Below are positions 7,107 to 16,947 of a DNA stretch of 31,484 bases, piece after piece (the stretch's first letter is position 1; every line of letters starts with the position of its first letter). Below the pieces are notes generated by a model. It was not told the DNA's origin. It saw only the letters and a program-made list of their open reading frames with translations, and did no database searches. The position numbers were made by a program, and so were the translations under genes. Source of the DNA: an uncultured Litorilinea sp. (GTDB lineage: Bacteria > Chloroflexota > Anaerolineae > Caldilineales > Caldilineaceae); contig CAKZVN010000320.1 in the NCBI GenBank assembly GCA_937922105.1, positions 1 to 31,484 on the forward strand, in the 5' to 3' direction.

Positions 7107-9281
7107 ATGAGCCAGAAAGCCTCCACACCGACCGCTGCCCCCCACCAACCCGCGGCCCAACCCGGCACGCAGAGCGCCGGGCAAGTTGCCCACGCCGCGC
7201 CCCTGCCGGCGGCGGTCCACCAACTGGCAGCCGCTGGCCGCGCGCCCAGCGCGCGCGATGTGCTCTATTTGCAACGAGCCGCGGGCAACCGGGCCGTGAC
7301 GCGGCTATTGGCCCCACGGCGGGACGCGGTCGTGCAGGCCAAGCTCACCGTCGGCCCGGCAGACGACCGCTATGAACGCGAAGCGGAGCGCGTCGCCGAT
7401 ACGGTCACCCGCGCCATCCAGCGCCGCGCCACGCCCGCCGCGCCGGCGGAGGAAGCCGCGCCTTCCCCCCTGGGCGGCGCGCTCCAGCGCGCGGCGGAAG
7501 GCGGGGTGGGCTTGGCGGGGGGCGCGCTCACGCCGGCGGTGGAGCAGGAGATTCAGCGAGCGCGCGGTGGCGGGCGCCCATTGGCAGCCGGCGTGCGCCG
7601 CCAAATGGAACAGCAGATGGCGGCGGATTTCAGCGGCGTCAAAGTGCACACCAACCGCGAGGCCGACCGCCTGAGCCGCACCATCCAAGCCCGCGCCTTC
7701 ACCACCGGGCAAGACATCTTCTTTCGCAGCGGCGCCTATCAACCCAACAGCCGTGGGGGCCAACATCTCTTGGCCCACGAATTGACCCACGTGGTGCAAC
7801 AAAACGGCCCCAAAGTCGCGCGCAAAACGGCCCCCGCCGTCGCCCAACGCACAGAGGACGGGGTGGTGCAGCGCGCCATCGGCTTCGAGTTCCAGACCCG
7901 CTGGGGCATCGTCAAAAATGTGCCCGACACCCCCCAGAAAAAAGGGGTGGGGACGGCGCTCAAGAACTTTGGGCGCGGGGTGAAGAACTTTTTCACCAAA
8001 AAGCCGCGCCCGCCCGCCGGCCCGCGCGAAGGCTATATCCCGCCCCAGCCGGGCCGCAAGCACGAGCGCTTTCGCAAGGCCCACGACCATCTGACCGACG
8101 GACACATCAAGCTCTCCACCGACGACAGCAGCAACGCGGTGGGCGCCGAAATCGAATGGGTGATTGACCCGCCCCTGCCGGACGACATCAAGCCCGCGGA
8201 GTTGGACGACGTGATCATGAGCTTGATGATGCACGTGGCCCAACTCTACGCCTTCAAGGACCGCGACTCCTTCTTCCTCTCCGAAGCCACCGGCAACCCG
8301 GCCCACGCCGAGATCGAGATCCAGCCCGGCATCAAGAGCAACGGGGCGCGGGATATGTCCGCCGCGGCCCAGATCACCGCCGGCATCAAATTCAACCAAC
8401 TGTGGGACCTCTTCCAGGATGTGGCGCGCAACAACCGCGTCAGCGACCCCGAACGCCAACAGGGGGTGGGCCACTTCAAAGGCAGCGCCGCCGCCATGAC
8501 CATGGTCAATGCCGTCATCAAGTCCAAGGTGGAAGGCAGCAACGAACTGAAGGCGCTCTTGGCCTTCATCGTGCGCTACGCCCTCATGAACAAGGAATAC
8601 TCCGCCAAGGACAAACAGGTCATGACCAGCAACGGCAAGGACGACTACGACCTCGCCGCCGACTACGCCAAAGTCAACACCCAATTCCTGGCGCGCACCG
8701 ACTTCGCCACCATGTTCGACATGTTGCCGCTGGAAGAGCGGCGCAAATACGGCGGGCGCAAACATTCGGAAGACGGCAATACCGACAACTCGGCAGCCTT
8801 CGTCGCCCTGGTGGACCAGGTGCTGCGCGAGGCCTCCCCCACCCCCATGAACCTGGACGACCCGGTCTACGGTCGCGGCATCAAGGGCGACAAAGCCACG
8901 CGCAGCGTGATCTACTTCCCCCTGACGCGCCGCGACTGGCTCGCCAGCATGGCGAACGGCGAAGACAAACTCAGCGGCGCCTCCGCCTATGCCCAACAAC
9001 AGGGCTACGCCGAACATCTGGAGAGCATGGGCAACATCAACAAAAAGGCGGGCAAGCTGGACAAGGTGAGCAGCGACCTGCCCGGCAAACGGACCGGCGT
9101 CATCATCGAATTCCGCAACAACACCGAGCCGCAAGCCCCCGCCAAGTGGGTGGACTACATCCGCCAGTCCGTGGCGTACATCCAGGAACTCAACGCCCGC
9201 AAGTCCATGACGGACGTGCAGGATTGGAAACTGGTGGAGAACAGCCAAAAGGCGCGCAGCATGAACTTCTGGGGCCGCTAG
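7107..9281 (+). CDS. eCIS core domain (DUF4157) protein with uncharacterised C-terminal domain
   Basis: VQAKLTVGPADDRYEREAERVAD, DFSGVKVHT, ARAFTTGQDIFF and LLAHELTHVVQQ are hallmark DUF4157 motifs; AGGAG RBS 10 nt before ATG 7107. Confidence 0.9.
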   Translation: MSQKASTPTAAPHQPAAQPGTQSAGQVAHAAPLPAAVHQLAAAGRAPSARDVLYLQRAAGNRAVTRLLAPRRDAVVQAKLTVGPADDRYEREAERVADTVTRAIQRRATPAAPAEEAAPSPLGGALQRAAEGGVGLAGGALTPAVEQEIQRARGGGRPLAAGVRRQMEQQMAADFSGVKVHTNREADRLSRTIQARAFTTGQDIFFRSGAYQPNSRGGQHLLAHELTHVVQQNGPKVARKTAPAVAQRTEDGVVQRAIGFEFQTRWGIVKNVPDTPQKKGVGTALKNFGRGVKNFFTKKPRPPAGPREGYIPPQPGRKHERFRKAHDHLTDGHIKLSTDDSSNAVGAEIEWVIDPPLPDDIKPAELDDVIMSLMMHVAQLYAFKDRDSFFLSEATGNPAHAEIEIQPGIKSNGARDMSAAAQITAGIKFNQLWDLFQDVARNNRVSDPERQQGVGHFKGSAAAMTMVNAVIKSKVEGSNELKALLAFIVRYALMNKEYSAKDKQVMTSNGKDDYDLAADYAKVNTQFLARTDFATMFDMLPLEERRKYGGRKHSEDGNTDNSAAFVALVDQVLREASPTPMNLDDPVYGRGIKGDKATRSVIYFPLTRRDWLASMANGEDKLSGASAYAQQQGYAEHLESMGNINKKAGKLDKVSSDLPGKRTGVIIEFRNNTEPQAPAKWVDYIRQSVAYIQELNARKSMTDVQDWKLVENSQKARSMNFWGR

Positions 9282-9398
9282 GCCCTGTCCGCAAGATCGC
9301 AACACCGCCCCCGCGTCGAGCACGGCGAAGGGTCCCGGCGGACACCCCGCCGGCTCGCCCTGAGTGGAGAACCCTCCGCCGGCAATGCCCCCTCCTGG

Positions 9399-9428
9399 TT
9401 GACAAGCCGCCAGCCCAGGCCGTATGAT
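9399..9428 (+). promoter_or_regulatory. Sigma70-type promoter
   Basis: TTGACA, 18 bp, TATGAT upstream of ORF 9521. Confidence 0.6.
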
Positions 9429-9520
9429 ACGCTGCGGCGCGCATAGGAATGTCTCTTTGCAATCGCGCTGCCTGTCCGCCCTAGTTTCCATCCTACTACC
9501 CGGAAAGAGAGACTTGATCT

Positions 9521-10702
9521 ATGCGCAACCGCTCGTTGACTGTGTTGCACCGCGCGGTCTGGATGCTGCTGTTGGCTGTGGCGCCGCTTCTATCCATGGT
9601 GGCGCGACCTCTCCCCCTCTGGGCAGCCTCGCCTGCCCAGGTCCCGCCCACCCAGGGCGCGGCTCAGGCGCCCGCCGAGGAGAGCGCCGCGGTCACCCTC
9701 TTGGCCTATTTCGAGTCCGATGTGCTGGAGACCGCCATCGCCGATCTGGTCACCACCCTGGCGTTCTTCGCTGACGGCTCGTTTGAATTGACGATCATCT
9801 TCCCCGACATCGAGACCACGCTGACCCTCACCGGAACCTATGCGGAAAGCGAGGCGGGCGTCTTGCTCACCGCGCTCACCATGGAGGGGGAGACGCTGGA
9901 CGAAGTCATCGAGTTGGAGCTGCTCTGGGATGCCGACGACACCCTGGTCTTGGTGGGCGGTTTCGGCGACGAACTCTACGCCGACGACATCATTTTCTAT
10001 GCCGCGGACTCGGCTGCCTACGGCAGCACCGCGGACGGCGCAACCGTCGAAATCCCCGTGGGCGGTGTTTACCTCTCGAGCCTGATCACCAACGACGACG
10101 GCGCGCAGGTGCTGTATGTGCTCAACCTCGTGGAGGACGGCAGCGCCAGCCTCTCCAGCGACTATCTCGACCTGCAGGCGCCCAGCTTTGAGCTGGGCGC
10201 CTGGCGCGTGGAGTGGAGCGAGGAGGGCGAAGGCGTGGTGACGCTGGAATTCACCGGCACGCCTGAGGAGGAGTATGAGGACCCCATCGTCGTGGCGTTG
10301 CAGGTGGGCGAAACCGGCGAACTCACCGTCGGGACGGTCACCCTCTATCCGCTGTCCCGCTTTTCCTTGACGCCGGTGGTGGAAGAAGCCGCGGTCGAAA
10401 TCCTCGCCACCTATGTGACCGAGATCGTGGGCGAGGACGAAGAGACGCTGCGCCTCTTCTTGGCCCTGGCTGCCGACGGCTCCTTCACCCTCACGGACGA
10501 AGAGGAGACCAACACGGTCTATGGTGAGTGGGCACTGGGCGACGAGCGCCTGACCCTGACTCTCTTGGGCGACCAGGAGGGCAACATCCTGGAGCCGCTG
10601 GAGTTGGTCTTCGAGTTCGGCGAGGAAGATGAGCTGATCTTGGTGGAGGCGCCGGCAGACCTCTTCGAAGACGAGGACCTGATCTTCTACCCGCTGGAGT
10701 AA
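9521..10702 (+). CDS. Secreted, very acidic protein with three NlpE-N/lipocalin-like beta repeats
   Basis: N-terminal signal-like segment; repeat motif LxLxxDGSFxL...GxW/Y occurs three times; codon pattern fits a real gene. Confidence 0.75.
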   Translation: MRNRSLTVLHRAVWMLLLAVAPLLSMVARPLPLWAASPAQVPPTQGAAQAPAEESAAVTLLAYFESDVLETAIADLVTTLAFFADGSFELTIIFPDIETTLTLTGTYAESEAGVLLTALTMEGETLDEVIELELLWDADDTLVLVGGFGDELYADDIIFYAADSAAYGSTADGATVEIPVGGVYLSSLITNDDGAQVLYVLNLVEDGSASLSSDYLDLQAPSFELGAWRVEWSEEGEGVVTLEFTGTPEEEYEDPIVVALQVGETGELTVGTVTLYPLSRFSLTPVVEEAAVEILATYVTEIVGEDEETLRLFLALAADGSFTLTDEEETNTVYGEWALGDERLTLTLLGDQEGNILEPLELVFEFGEEDELILVEAPADLFEDEDLIFYPLE

Positions 10703-10735
10703 AGCGCCGCCAGGTGTCGCCTGGGCTGCATGACC

Positions 10736-10763
10736 GCGCCGGGGGGCGACTGCCCCCCGGCGC
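10736..10763. terminator. GC-rich hairpin between convergent genes
   Basis: 12-bp perfect stem GCGCCGGGGGGC/GCCCCCCGGCGC, loop GACT; no T-run. Confidence 0.45.
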
Positions 10764-10870
10764 AAGTGGTTGTTCGGCCCGTCCACCCTCAAACCACGCG
10801 CGCCAAAGCGTGACGCGCCCGGCGGCCCAAGCCGCTAGCCGGGTTGTGGCGCGCCCTGCATCCCTCGGGG

Positions 10871-10893
10871 AAACCCGAAAAGTTTTCGGGTTT
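10871..10893. repeat. 23-bp AT-rich palindrome
   Basis: AAACCCGAAAA-G-TTTTCGGGTTT. Confidence 0.7.
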
Positions 10894-10960
10894 GGGTGAG
10901 CTGCCACCGGCTCGGCAGCCGAAAGCGGGCGGCGATACGCCCGGCGCAACGGGCGGCGCG

Positions 10961-11995
10961 CTAGGCGGCAAGGCGCACGGTGCGCCCGCTGCGCGCGGCG
11001 GCGATGATGGCGTCGCTCACCTCCACGCTGTGGACCCCCTCCGCGCCCGACGGGGCGAAGTCGGCGCCGCTTTCCACCGCGCGGCTGAAGGCCTCCAACT
11101 CGTTGGCGAAGTTGTCCCACGGCGCATAGTGGAAGGTGCGCGTGGTATGCCCCGCGCCGGCAGGCGGCTCCGGCGTGGTGATCTCCAGATGACCGGTGGG
11201 CGGCATGTTGACCGTCTCGGCGCAGACGATGCGCCCGCGCGTGCCGTAGAGCACCAGATCGTTGCGGCTATAGGGAAAGCGCGCGCTGGAGACCAGCGTC
11301 GCCAAAGCGCCGCCGTCGAAGCGCAGCGTCGCCACGGTGAGCATCTCCAGCGGGCGCGCGGGGCTGGTCTCTTCCATGAGCGCAGTGACTTCCACCACGC
11401 GACGGCCCAGCAAATCCACCAGGATATCAATCACATGCACGCCCATGCCCATGAGGCTGCCCGCGTCGCCCATCAGGGCGGGGTCGCTCTTCCAGGCCGA
11501 GTTGGGAATGGCGGGCGGCGTGAAGGCAAACAGCCCATACTGACCGCCGGCATAGACGATGTCGCCGATTTCACCGCTTCGGATGAGACGGCGCGCGGCT
11601 TGGTGGGCGGGGTGGTGGCGCAGATGAAAGGCGACGCCCAGGCGGACGCCCGCGGCGGCGCAGGCCGCGACCATGGCACGTGCAGCCGCGGCAGCGGTCG
11701 CCATGGGCTTTTCCACCAACACATGCTTGCCCGCCGCCGCGGCTGCCAGCGTATGGTCGGCGTGCAGGCGGTTGGGCGTGGCAATGAAGACCGCGTCCAC
11801 CGCGGGGTCCTGCCACAACTCGGCGAGGGTGGCGTAGGCGCGCGGCACGCCGTGCCGCTGGGCCAAGGCCTGGGCATTGGCGTGGGTTTGGCTCCAGACG
11901 CCCACCAGCTCGCTGCTGGGCGAGAGGGCAAAGGCGGGGGCGATGCGAAGCTGCGGGTGGCGCCCCGCGCCGATCAGCGCCCAGCGAACCGTCAT
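10961..11995 (-). CDS. Gfo/Idh/MocA-family oxidoreductase
   Basis: WALIGAG Rossmann start, DAVFIATPNRLH, KHVLVEKPMA, MGVHVID. Confidence 0.93.
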   Translation of the reverse strand: MTVRWALIGAGRHPQLRIAPAFALSPSSELVGVWSQTHANAQALAQRHGVPRAYATLAELWQDPAVDAVFIATPNRLHADHTLAAAAAGKHVLVEKPMATAAAAARAMVAACAAAGVRLGVAFHLRHHPAHQAARRLIRSGEIGDIVYAGGQYGLFAFTPPAIPNSAWKSDPALMGDAGSLMGMGVHVIDILVDLLGRRVVEVTALMEETSPARPLEMLTVATLRFDGGALATLVSSARFPYSRNDLVLYGTRGRIVCAETVNMPPTGHLEITTPEPPAGAGHTTRTFHYAPWDNFANELEAFSRAVESGADFAPSGAEGVHSVEVSDAIIAAARSGRTVRLAA

Positions 11996-12101
11996 GCGCT
12001 ACCTCCTGGGGTGGGTGTGGATTGGGTGCACCTATTGTAGCGGCGAAGCCGCCCCCCAGCCAAGCGCCGCCGCCCACGGGTGAGCCATACGCCTTTTCCC
12101 C

Positions 12102-12902
12102 TCACCACGCCACGTAGCCGCCGCAGACAGGGATGCATTGGCCCGTCACATAGTCGGAGAGGTCGGTGACCAAGAACTCGACGACTTTGGCGCAATCTTC
12201 GGGCACGCCCAGGCGGCCCAGGGGAATCTGGGCCAACAGGCGCTCGCGCGTTTCGCCGCGGTCGCGCCCGCCGGCAATGGCGCGCGAGGAGAGGATATAG
12301 CCCGGCGCGATGCAGTTGACGTTGACGTTGTACGGCCCCAACTCGGCAGCCAGGACGCGGGTATAGTGGATCACGCCCGCCTTGGCGACTTTGTAGGACA
12401 TGACGCCGCCGTCGCGCCCGCTCCACATGCCGGCTTGCGACGCCACGTTGACGATGCGCCCGCGCCGCGCCGCCATCATGGGCCGTGCCGCGGCCTGGCA
12501 ACAGAGGATGGTGCCCGTGAGGTTGATGTCCATGATATAGCGGTAATGCTCCAAGTCCTCGGTCACGGCGCTGTGGTTGGGCACGGGGCGCAGCGCGCCG
12601 CCGGCGTTGTTGACCAAGATGTCCACGCGGCCGAAATGTTCCAGAGTTTGGGTGAGCATGGCGCCGACCGCGTCCGGGTCGGTGACGTCGGCTTGGACGC
12701 CCAGCGCCTCCACGTCGAAGGCTTCGGCTTCCGCCATGACCGTGGGCGCACTCAGGGGTTCGTTGAACTCAGCCGCGGCGTTGAGGTCCACATCCACCAC
12801 GACCACGTGCGCGCCCAGCCGAGCCAGGCGCAGCACATAGGCACGGCCCAGCCCGCGCGCGCCGCCGGTGACAATCGCGACTTGCCCGCGTAAGGGTTGC
12901 AT
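12102..12902 (-). CDS. SDR-family NAD(P)-dependent oxidoreductase
   Basis: TGGARGLG, VDILVNNAG, IVNVAS, YKVAK (YxxxK), VNCIAPG. Confidence 0.95.
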   Translation of the reverse strand: MQPLRGQVAIVTGGARGLGRAYVLRLARLGAHVVVVDVDLNAAAEFNEPLSAPTVMAEAEAFDVEALGVQADVTDPDAVGAMLTQTLEHFGRVDILVNNAGGALRPVPNHSAVTEDLEHYRYIMDINLTGTILCCQAAARPMMAARRGRIVNVASQAGMWSGRDGGVMSYKVAKAGVIHYTRVLAAELGPYNVNVNCIAPGYILSSRAIAGGRDRGETRERLLAQIPLGRLGVPEDCAKVVEFLVTDLSDYVTGQCIPVCGGYVAW

Positions 12903-12913
12903 AACACGCTCCT

Positions 12914-12945
12914 GCTCTAGGTTGTTGGGGCTCTAGGTTGTTGGG
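12914..12945. repeat. Perfect 16-bp tandem duplication
   Basis: GCTCTAGGTTGTTGGG twice, just upstream of the SDR RBS. Confidence 0.8.
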
Positions 12946-13110
12946 TGAGGTGACGGGTGTCTTGGTGAATGGGTGACGGAGGTCGAGGTGACTCGTCGTG
13001 CTGAGGCACAGCCGAAGCATCCCCTTGCGCGCCCGGCAACGGGCCATGCGACGAGGGGACCCTGCACTGCCTTCAGGGCGACGAGCGGGTAGCACGTCGC
13101 TGCCCCCGGT

Positions 13111-14013
13111 CTACCCCTTGATCCCCGTCATGACGATGCCCTGGACAAACTGGCGTTGGGCCACGAAGAAGAGCACCAGGATGGGGATCAGCATGATCAG
13201 CGCCACCGCCATCATATAGTTCCACGCCAGCTGGTATTCCCCGCGAAAGGCGCGCAGCCCGATCGCCAGCGTGCGCAGCTCAGGTCGGCCCAGATAGATG
13301 AGCGGGCGCAGGAACTCGTTCCAGTGGTGGGTGAAGCTGAGGATTGCCAGCGTCGCCAAGACCGCCTTGGAGAGGGGCAGGATGATCCCCCACCAGATTT
13401 GGAAGGTGTTGGCCCCGTCCACGCGCGCGGCTTCGTCCAGCTCGAGGGGAATGGTCATGCAGTATTGGCGGAAGAGGAAGACGGCAAAGGCGCTGCCCGC
13501 CAAGCTCCACGGCACGATCAAGGGGTAGAAGGTGTTGACCCAGCCCAGACGACGGAAGAGGATGAATTCCGGGATGAGGGTGACGATCTCGGGCAACATG
13601 AGCGAGGCGATGCAACAGGCGAAGAAGAAGTCGCGGCCCGGAAAGCGGATGCGGGCAAAGCCGTAGCCCGCCAGGCTGGCGGTCAGGACGCCGAAGAAGG
13701 TCGCCACGCCCGCGATGATCACCGAGTTGCGGATGTAGAGCACCACCGGCACTTGCTGGAAGACATCCACATAATTGGTCCAGACGACGGGGTTGGGGAA
13801 CCACTGGGGCGGGAAGACCATCTCGCTGCCCGTCTTTTTGAGGCTGGTGCTGATCATCCAATAGAGGGGCAGCAGATAGACGATGGAGAGGGTGATGAGC
13901 ACGGTGTAGAGGAAGAGCTCTTTGGCGCGGCGCCGAGTCCGGGCGCGGGCGCGCGCCACCGCCGTGGCGTCGGGGTCCTGCAAGGGCATGGAAGGGGCAA
14001 GGCGGCTGCTCAT
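13111..14013 (-). CDS. Carbohydrate ABC transporter permease (MalG-like)
   Basis: NYVDVF...YIRNS, AGYGFARIRFPGRD, EAA loop IPLELDEAARVDGA; ATGA overlap with the upstream permease. Confidence 0.95.
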   Translation of the reverse strand: MSSRLAPSMPLQDPDATAVARARARTRRRAKELFLYTVLITLSIVYLLPLYWMISTSLKKTGSEMVFPPQWFPNPVVWTNYVDVFQQVPVVLYIRNSVIIAGVATFFGVLTASLAGYGFARIRFPGRDFFFACCIASLMLPEIVTLIPEFILFRRLGWVNTFYPLIVPWSLAGSAFAVFLFRQYCMTIPLELDEAARVDGANTFQIWWGIILPLSKAVLATLAILSFTHHWNEFLRPLIYLGRPELRTLAIGLRAFRGEYQLAWNYMMAVALIMLIPILVLFFVAQRQFVQGIVMTGIKG

Positions 14014-14963
14014 GAACGGTCGGCTCCTTCGTAATAGACCCAGCGCCGGGCCAGCGCAAATTGCACCGCGGTCATGGCGACGATGATCAACAGCAAGACC
14101 CAAGCCAGCGCGGCGGCATAGCCCATCTTGAAGTCTTGGAAGGCGCGGAAGTAGATGTAGACCACATAGATGAGGGTGGCGTAGACCGGGCCGCCGCCCG
14201 TGGTCAAGAAGACGATGGTGAAAAAGCCCTGGAACGAGGCGATGATGCCGATGATGAGGTTGAAGAAGATCACGGGGCTGACCATGGGCAGCGTCACATG
14301 GCGAAAGCGCGCCCAGGCGCCCGCGCCGTCAATGGAGGCGGCTTCATAGAGCGATTGGGGCACGCCTTGCAGCCCAGCCAAAAAGATGATCATGGGCACG
14401 CCCACCCCCGACCACAGGGTGATGAGGATGAGGGAGGGTTTAGCCAGCTGCAAGTCGAAGAGCCAGTTTTGCGCGGGCAGCCCCACCGCGTTCAAAAGCG
14501 CATTCGCCAGCCCGAAGTCGGGGTGATAAATCCAGTTCCACAAAAAGGCCGTCGCCACCAGCGGCGTCTGCGAGGGCAGGTAGAAGATGGTGCGAAAGAG
14601 GGGCATGGCGCGCAGCTTCTCGTTGAGCATGAGGGCAAAGAGAAACGCCACCCCCAGCTGCGCGGGCACCGAGAGAAAGCTCAAGTACGCGGTGTTGTAG
14701 AGCGCGGTGTACCAGCGCGGGTCGTTGAGCATGGCCTCGAAGTTTTGCAGGCCGACCCAGCGCGGGGCTTGCAGCGCGTCCCACTGGGTCATGCCGATGA
14801 TCAACGATGCCACCATCGGCCCGAACTTGAAGGCCAAAAAGCCGATCAGCCAGGGCAAGATGCAGAGAAAGCCCGCCAATTCCTGGCGGCGACGGAAGGC
14901 GCTGCGCCGTCGCGGCCGCGTCAGGGCGGGGGTTGCCGGGTTGGCGCCAAGTGAGATGGACAT
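14010..14963 (-). CDS. Carbohydrate ABC transporter permease (MalF-like)
   Basis: WVGLQNF, LFRTIFYLP, LAGLQGVPQSLYEAASIDGAG, FQDFKMGYAAA. Confidence 0.95.
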   Translation of the reverse strand: MSISLGANPATPALTRPRRRSAFRRRQELAGFLCILPWLIGFLAFKFGPMVASLIIGMTQWDALQAPRWVGLQNFEAMLNDPRWYTALYNTAYLSFLSVPAQLGVAFLFALMLNEKLRAMPLFRTIFYLPSQTPLVATAFLWNWIYHPDFGLANALLNAVGLPAQNWLFDLQLAKPSLILITLWSGVGVPMIIFLAGLQGVPQSLYEAASIDGAGAWARFRHVTLPMVSPVIFFNLIIGIIASFQGFFTIVFLTTGGGPVYATLIYVVYIYFRAFQDFKMGYAAALAWVLLLIIVAMTAVQFALARRWVYYEGADRS

Positions 14964-15005
14964 GCCACGAAGCCTCTTGGTTGGCGCATGGGACGTGCCT
15001 GCTGC

Positions 15006-15044
15006 ACCACCTTCCAGGAAGCGGCGCGCTTCCTGGAAGGTGGT
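15006..15044. repeat. REP-like 18-bp perfect inverted repeat after the binding-protein gene
   Basis: ACCACCTTCCAGGAAGCG-gcg-CGCTTCCTGGAAGGTGGT. Confidence 0.75.
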
Positions 15045-15136
15045 TGAGCCGAACGACGTCCTCTGCGGGAGTGAATCCGCTGCGGATACAACTGCGCACA
15101 CGCGGCGGGGTTCGGCGCCCCCGCTCCTGCGGCGCG

Positions 15137-16495
15137 CTAGAATTTGAGCAGCCGGTCCATCTCCGGCTTGACCTCGCGCAGCGCGGCTTCCGGCGTCTTG
15201 GCGCCCAGCAACACTTCGTCAATCGCGGCCTTGAAGACGCGGCCCCACTCGGCGGCTTGCCCAGGGTTGCGCCAATTGCGCACTGTCTGCGCGGCTTCCA
15301 GATGGACCTCGGCGCGCTCGAAGGGGCGCAGCGCGTTGTAGAAGTGCTCGGAATCCTTGAGCGATTGGCGCACGGGGAAGGAACGGCCCGACGCCAGGTA
15401 ATAGGGCGCGCCCTCTGGTCCGCCCATGAAGAGGCCGAATTCGAAGGCTAGGTCCTTGTGCTTGGAGCCGGTGGCGGAGCCGACGCCGTTGGGGCCGTCG
15501 CGGTTGATGCGCCCGGCAACGCCTTTGGGCGTGGGCGCATGGCCCACGGTGAAGTTGTCGCCAGGGATGGAGACCGCGTGCGCCTTGATGCCCCAAGCCA
15601 TGGCTAAGCGCCCGGTGTCGAACATGCGCGTCACGCCTTGCAAGTCCGCGGGCATGACCAGCGACTTGTCAATCAGCGCCATGTCCTGGTGCCACTGGAT
15701 GACCTCGATGATGCCCTCCTGCTCGAAGAGCCATTCAGTCTCCTCGGCGTTGATGAACTCCACGCCGTTGGTCCACCAGGGCACGCAGAGGTAGTAGTGA
15801 ATGGCAGAGGGGTTCTGGGCCGCGTCCCAGCCCATGATGCGGTCCATGCCCGTGCCGCCGGAGGTCAGGCGCGCCAGTTCGCGCAGGGTTTCCCAGGTCC
15901 AGGTGCCTTCTTGCTCGTGTTCCCAGGGGGTCTTGAGGCCCTTTTCGCGGAAGATGTCTTCGTTGTACCAAATGCAGCTGGGGCCGGAGTAGTAGGGCAT
16001 GGCGTAGAGGCCGCCCTTGTAGGTGTAGAAGCCCAGCTGGGCGGGGAAGAAGTCGTCCAGGTTGGCGTTGGGGTGGGCCTCGGCGAAGGGCGTCCAGTCC
16101 ACCAGTTGACCGGCTTCGGCGACTTGCACCATCCACGCCACGTGGACGGCGAAGATGTCGGGCGGGGTGCCCGCGGCCATGTTGGTCATGAGCTTTTCCA
16201 GGTGTTGGCCGCTGGTGTCGTCGAAGGTGATCTTGACGCCCTCGTGGCGCTCCTCAAAGGCGGTGAAGACGTTGATCAAGACCTGGGCGTCGCGCGGGGA
16301 ATCGGACCACCAAAAGGCCAACATCTCGATCTCTTCGGGGCCGCCGGGCGCAGCAGGCGCCGCGCCGCCGGTGGGCGCGGCGACTTGGCAGGCCGCGAGC
16401 ATGGGCAAGACAGTGAGCGCGGCTGCGCCCGCCGCTGTGCCGCGCAAGAACGCACGACGCGACAGGTTCCGGGGCGCTTGTGGGGTCTCGGTCAT
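15137..16495 (-). CDS. Sugar ABC transporter substrate-binding lipoprotein (Tat signal)
   Basis: LSRRAFLRG twin-arginine motif, LAAC lipobox, AGTPPDIF, YKGGLYAMPY, IWYNEDIF. Confidence 0.92.
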   Translation of the reverse strand: MTETPQAPRNLSRRAFLRGTAAGAAALTVLPMLAACQVAAPTGGAAPAAPGGPEEIEMLAFWWSDSPRDAQVLINVFTAFEERHEGVKITFDDTSGQHLEKLMTNMAAGTPPDIFAVHVAWMVQVAEAGQLVDWTPFAEAHPNANLDDFFPAQLGFYTYKGGLYAMPYYSGPSCIWYNEDIFREKGLKTPWEHEQEGTWTWETLRELARLTSGGTGMDRIMGWDAAQNPSAIHYYLCVPWWTNGVEFINAEETEWLFEQEGIIEVIQWHQDMALIDKSLVMPADLQGVTRMFDTGRLAMAWGIKAHAVSIPGDNFTVGHAPTPKGVAGRINRDGPNGVGSATGSKHKDLAFEFGLFMGGPEGAPYYLASGRSFPVRQSLKDSEHFYNALRPFERAEVHLEAAQTVRNWRNPGQAAEWGRVFKAAIDEVLLGAKTPEAALREVKPEMDRLLKF

Positions 16496-16947
16496 GGGTT
16501 CCTCCAGTGATTCAATTGCGGCATGGGCTGGACGGTGGGTGAAAAACGGCAGGGCATTCGGGCAAGCCAAACGGCACGGCGGCATGGCCCACACGGCCCA
16601 CGACACCGCGCGTGCGCTCTATTGAAGAACAACGGGTAGGGAGCAATCGGCGAGGAGAACGGACCCGTTGTCGAGCGACCCAAACCGGCGTGCGAACGTG
16701 CTCACGGGGGAACGTGGCAGCGTCCACACGGCGCAAACGCGAAGCGAACAGAGCAGCGAGATTGGGATTGTGTCGAATCAACCGGTATGTACGTTCACTT
16801 GTAGCACAGGGCCGTGCGGCTGTCAAGCATGTTTTTCGGCGGGGGGCGTCCCCAAGATTTTGGTGCAGTTGAACCCTGCCCCGGCTCCCCCAACCCTGGG
16901 CGTGGTGAGGAGGGGGTGCAGGCGGGCCGAGCATGGGGGACGCATCG

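Noticed and set aside
9286-9293. TGTCCGCA half-sites here and near 26914.
   Set aside because: Single 8-mers without the second arm are expected by chance at this GC content.
7305-9491. Long antisense ORFs (for example 7305..9491, 5532..6782, 21228..22862, 24909..26711, 28290..29483, 1796..2407, 9590..10792).
   Set aside because: They are shadow frames of real high-GC genes on the opposite strand, with no family motifs.
16760-16815. AT-richer patch upstream of the ABC operon as a possible operator or promoter.
   Set aside because: No convincing -35/-10 pair or clean palindrome could be defined.
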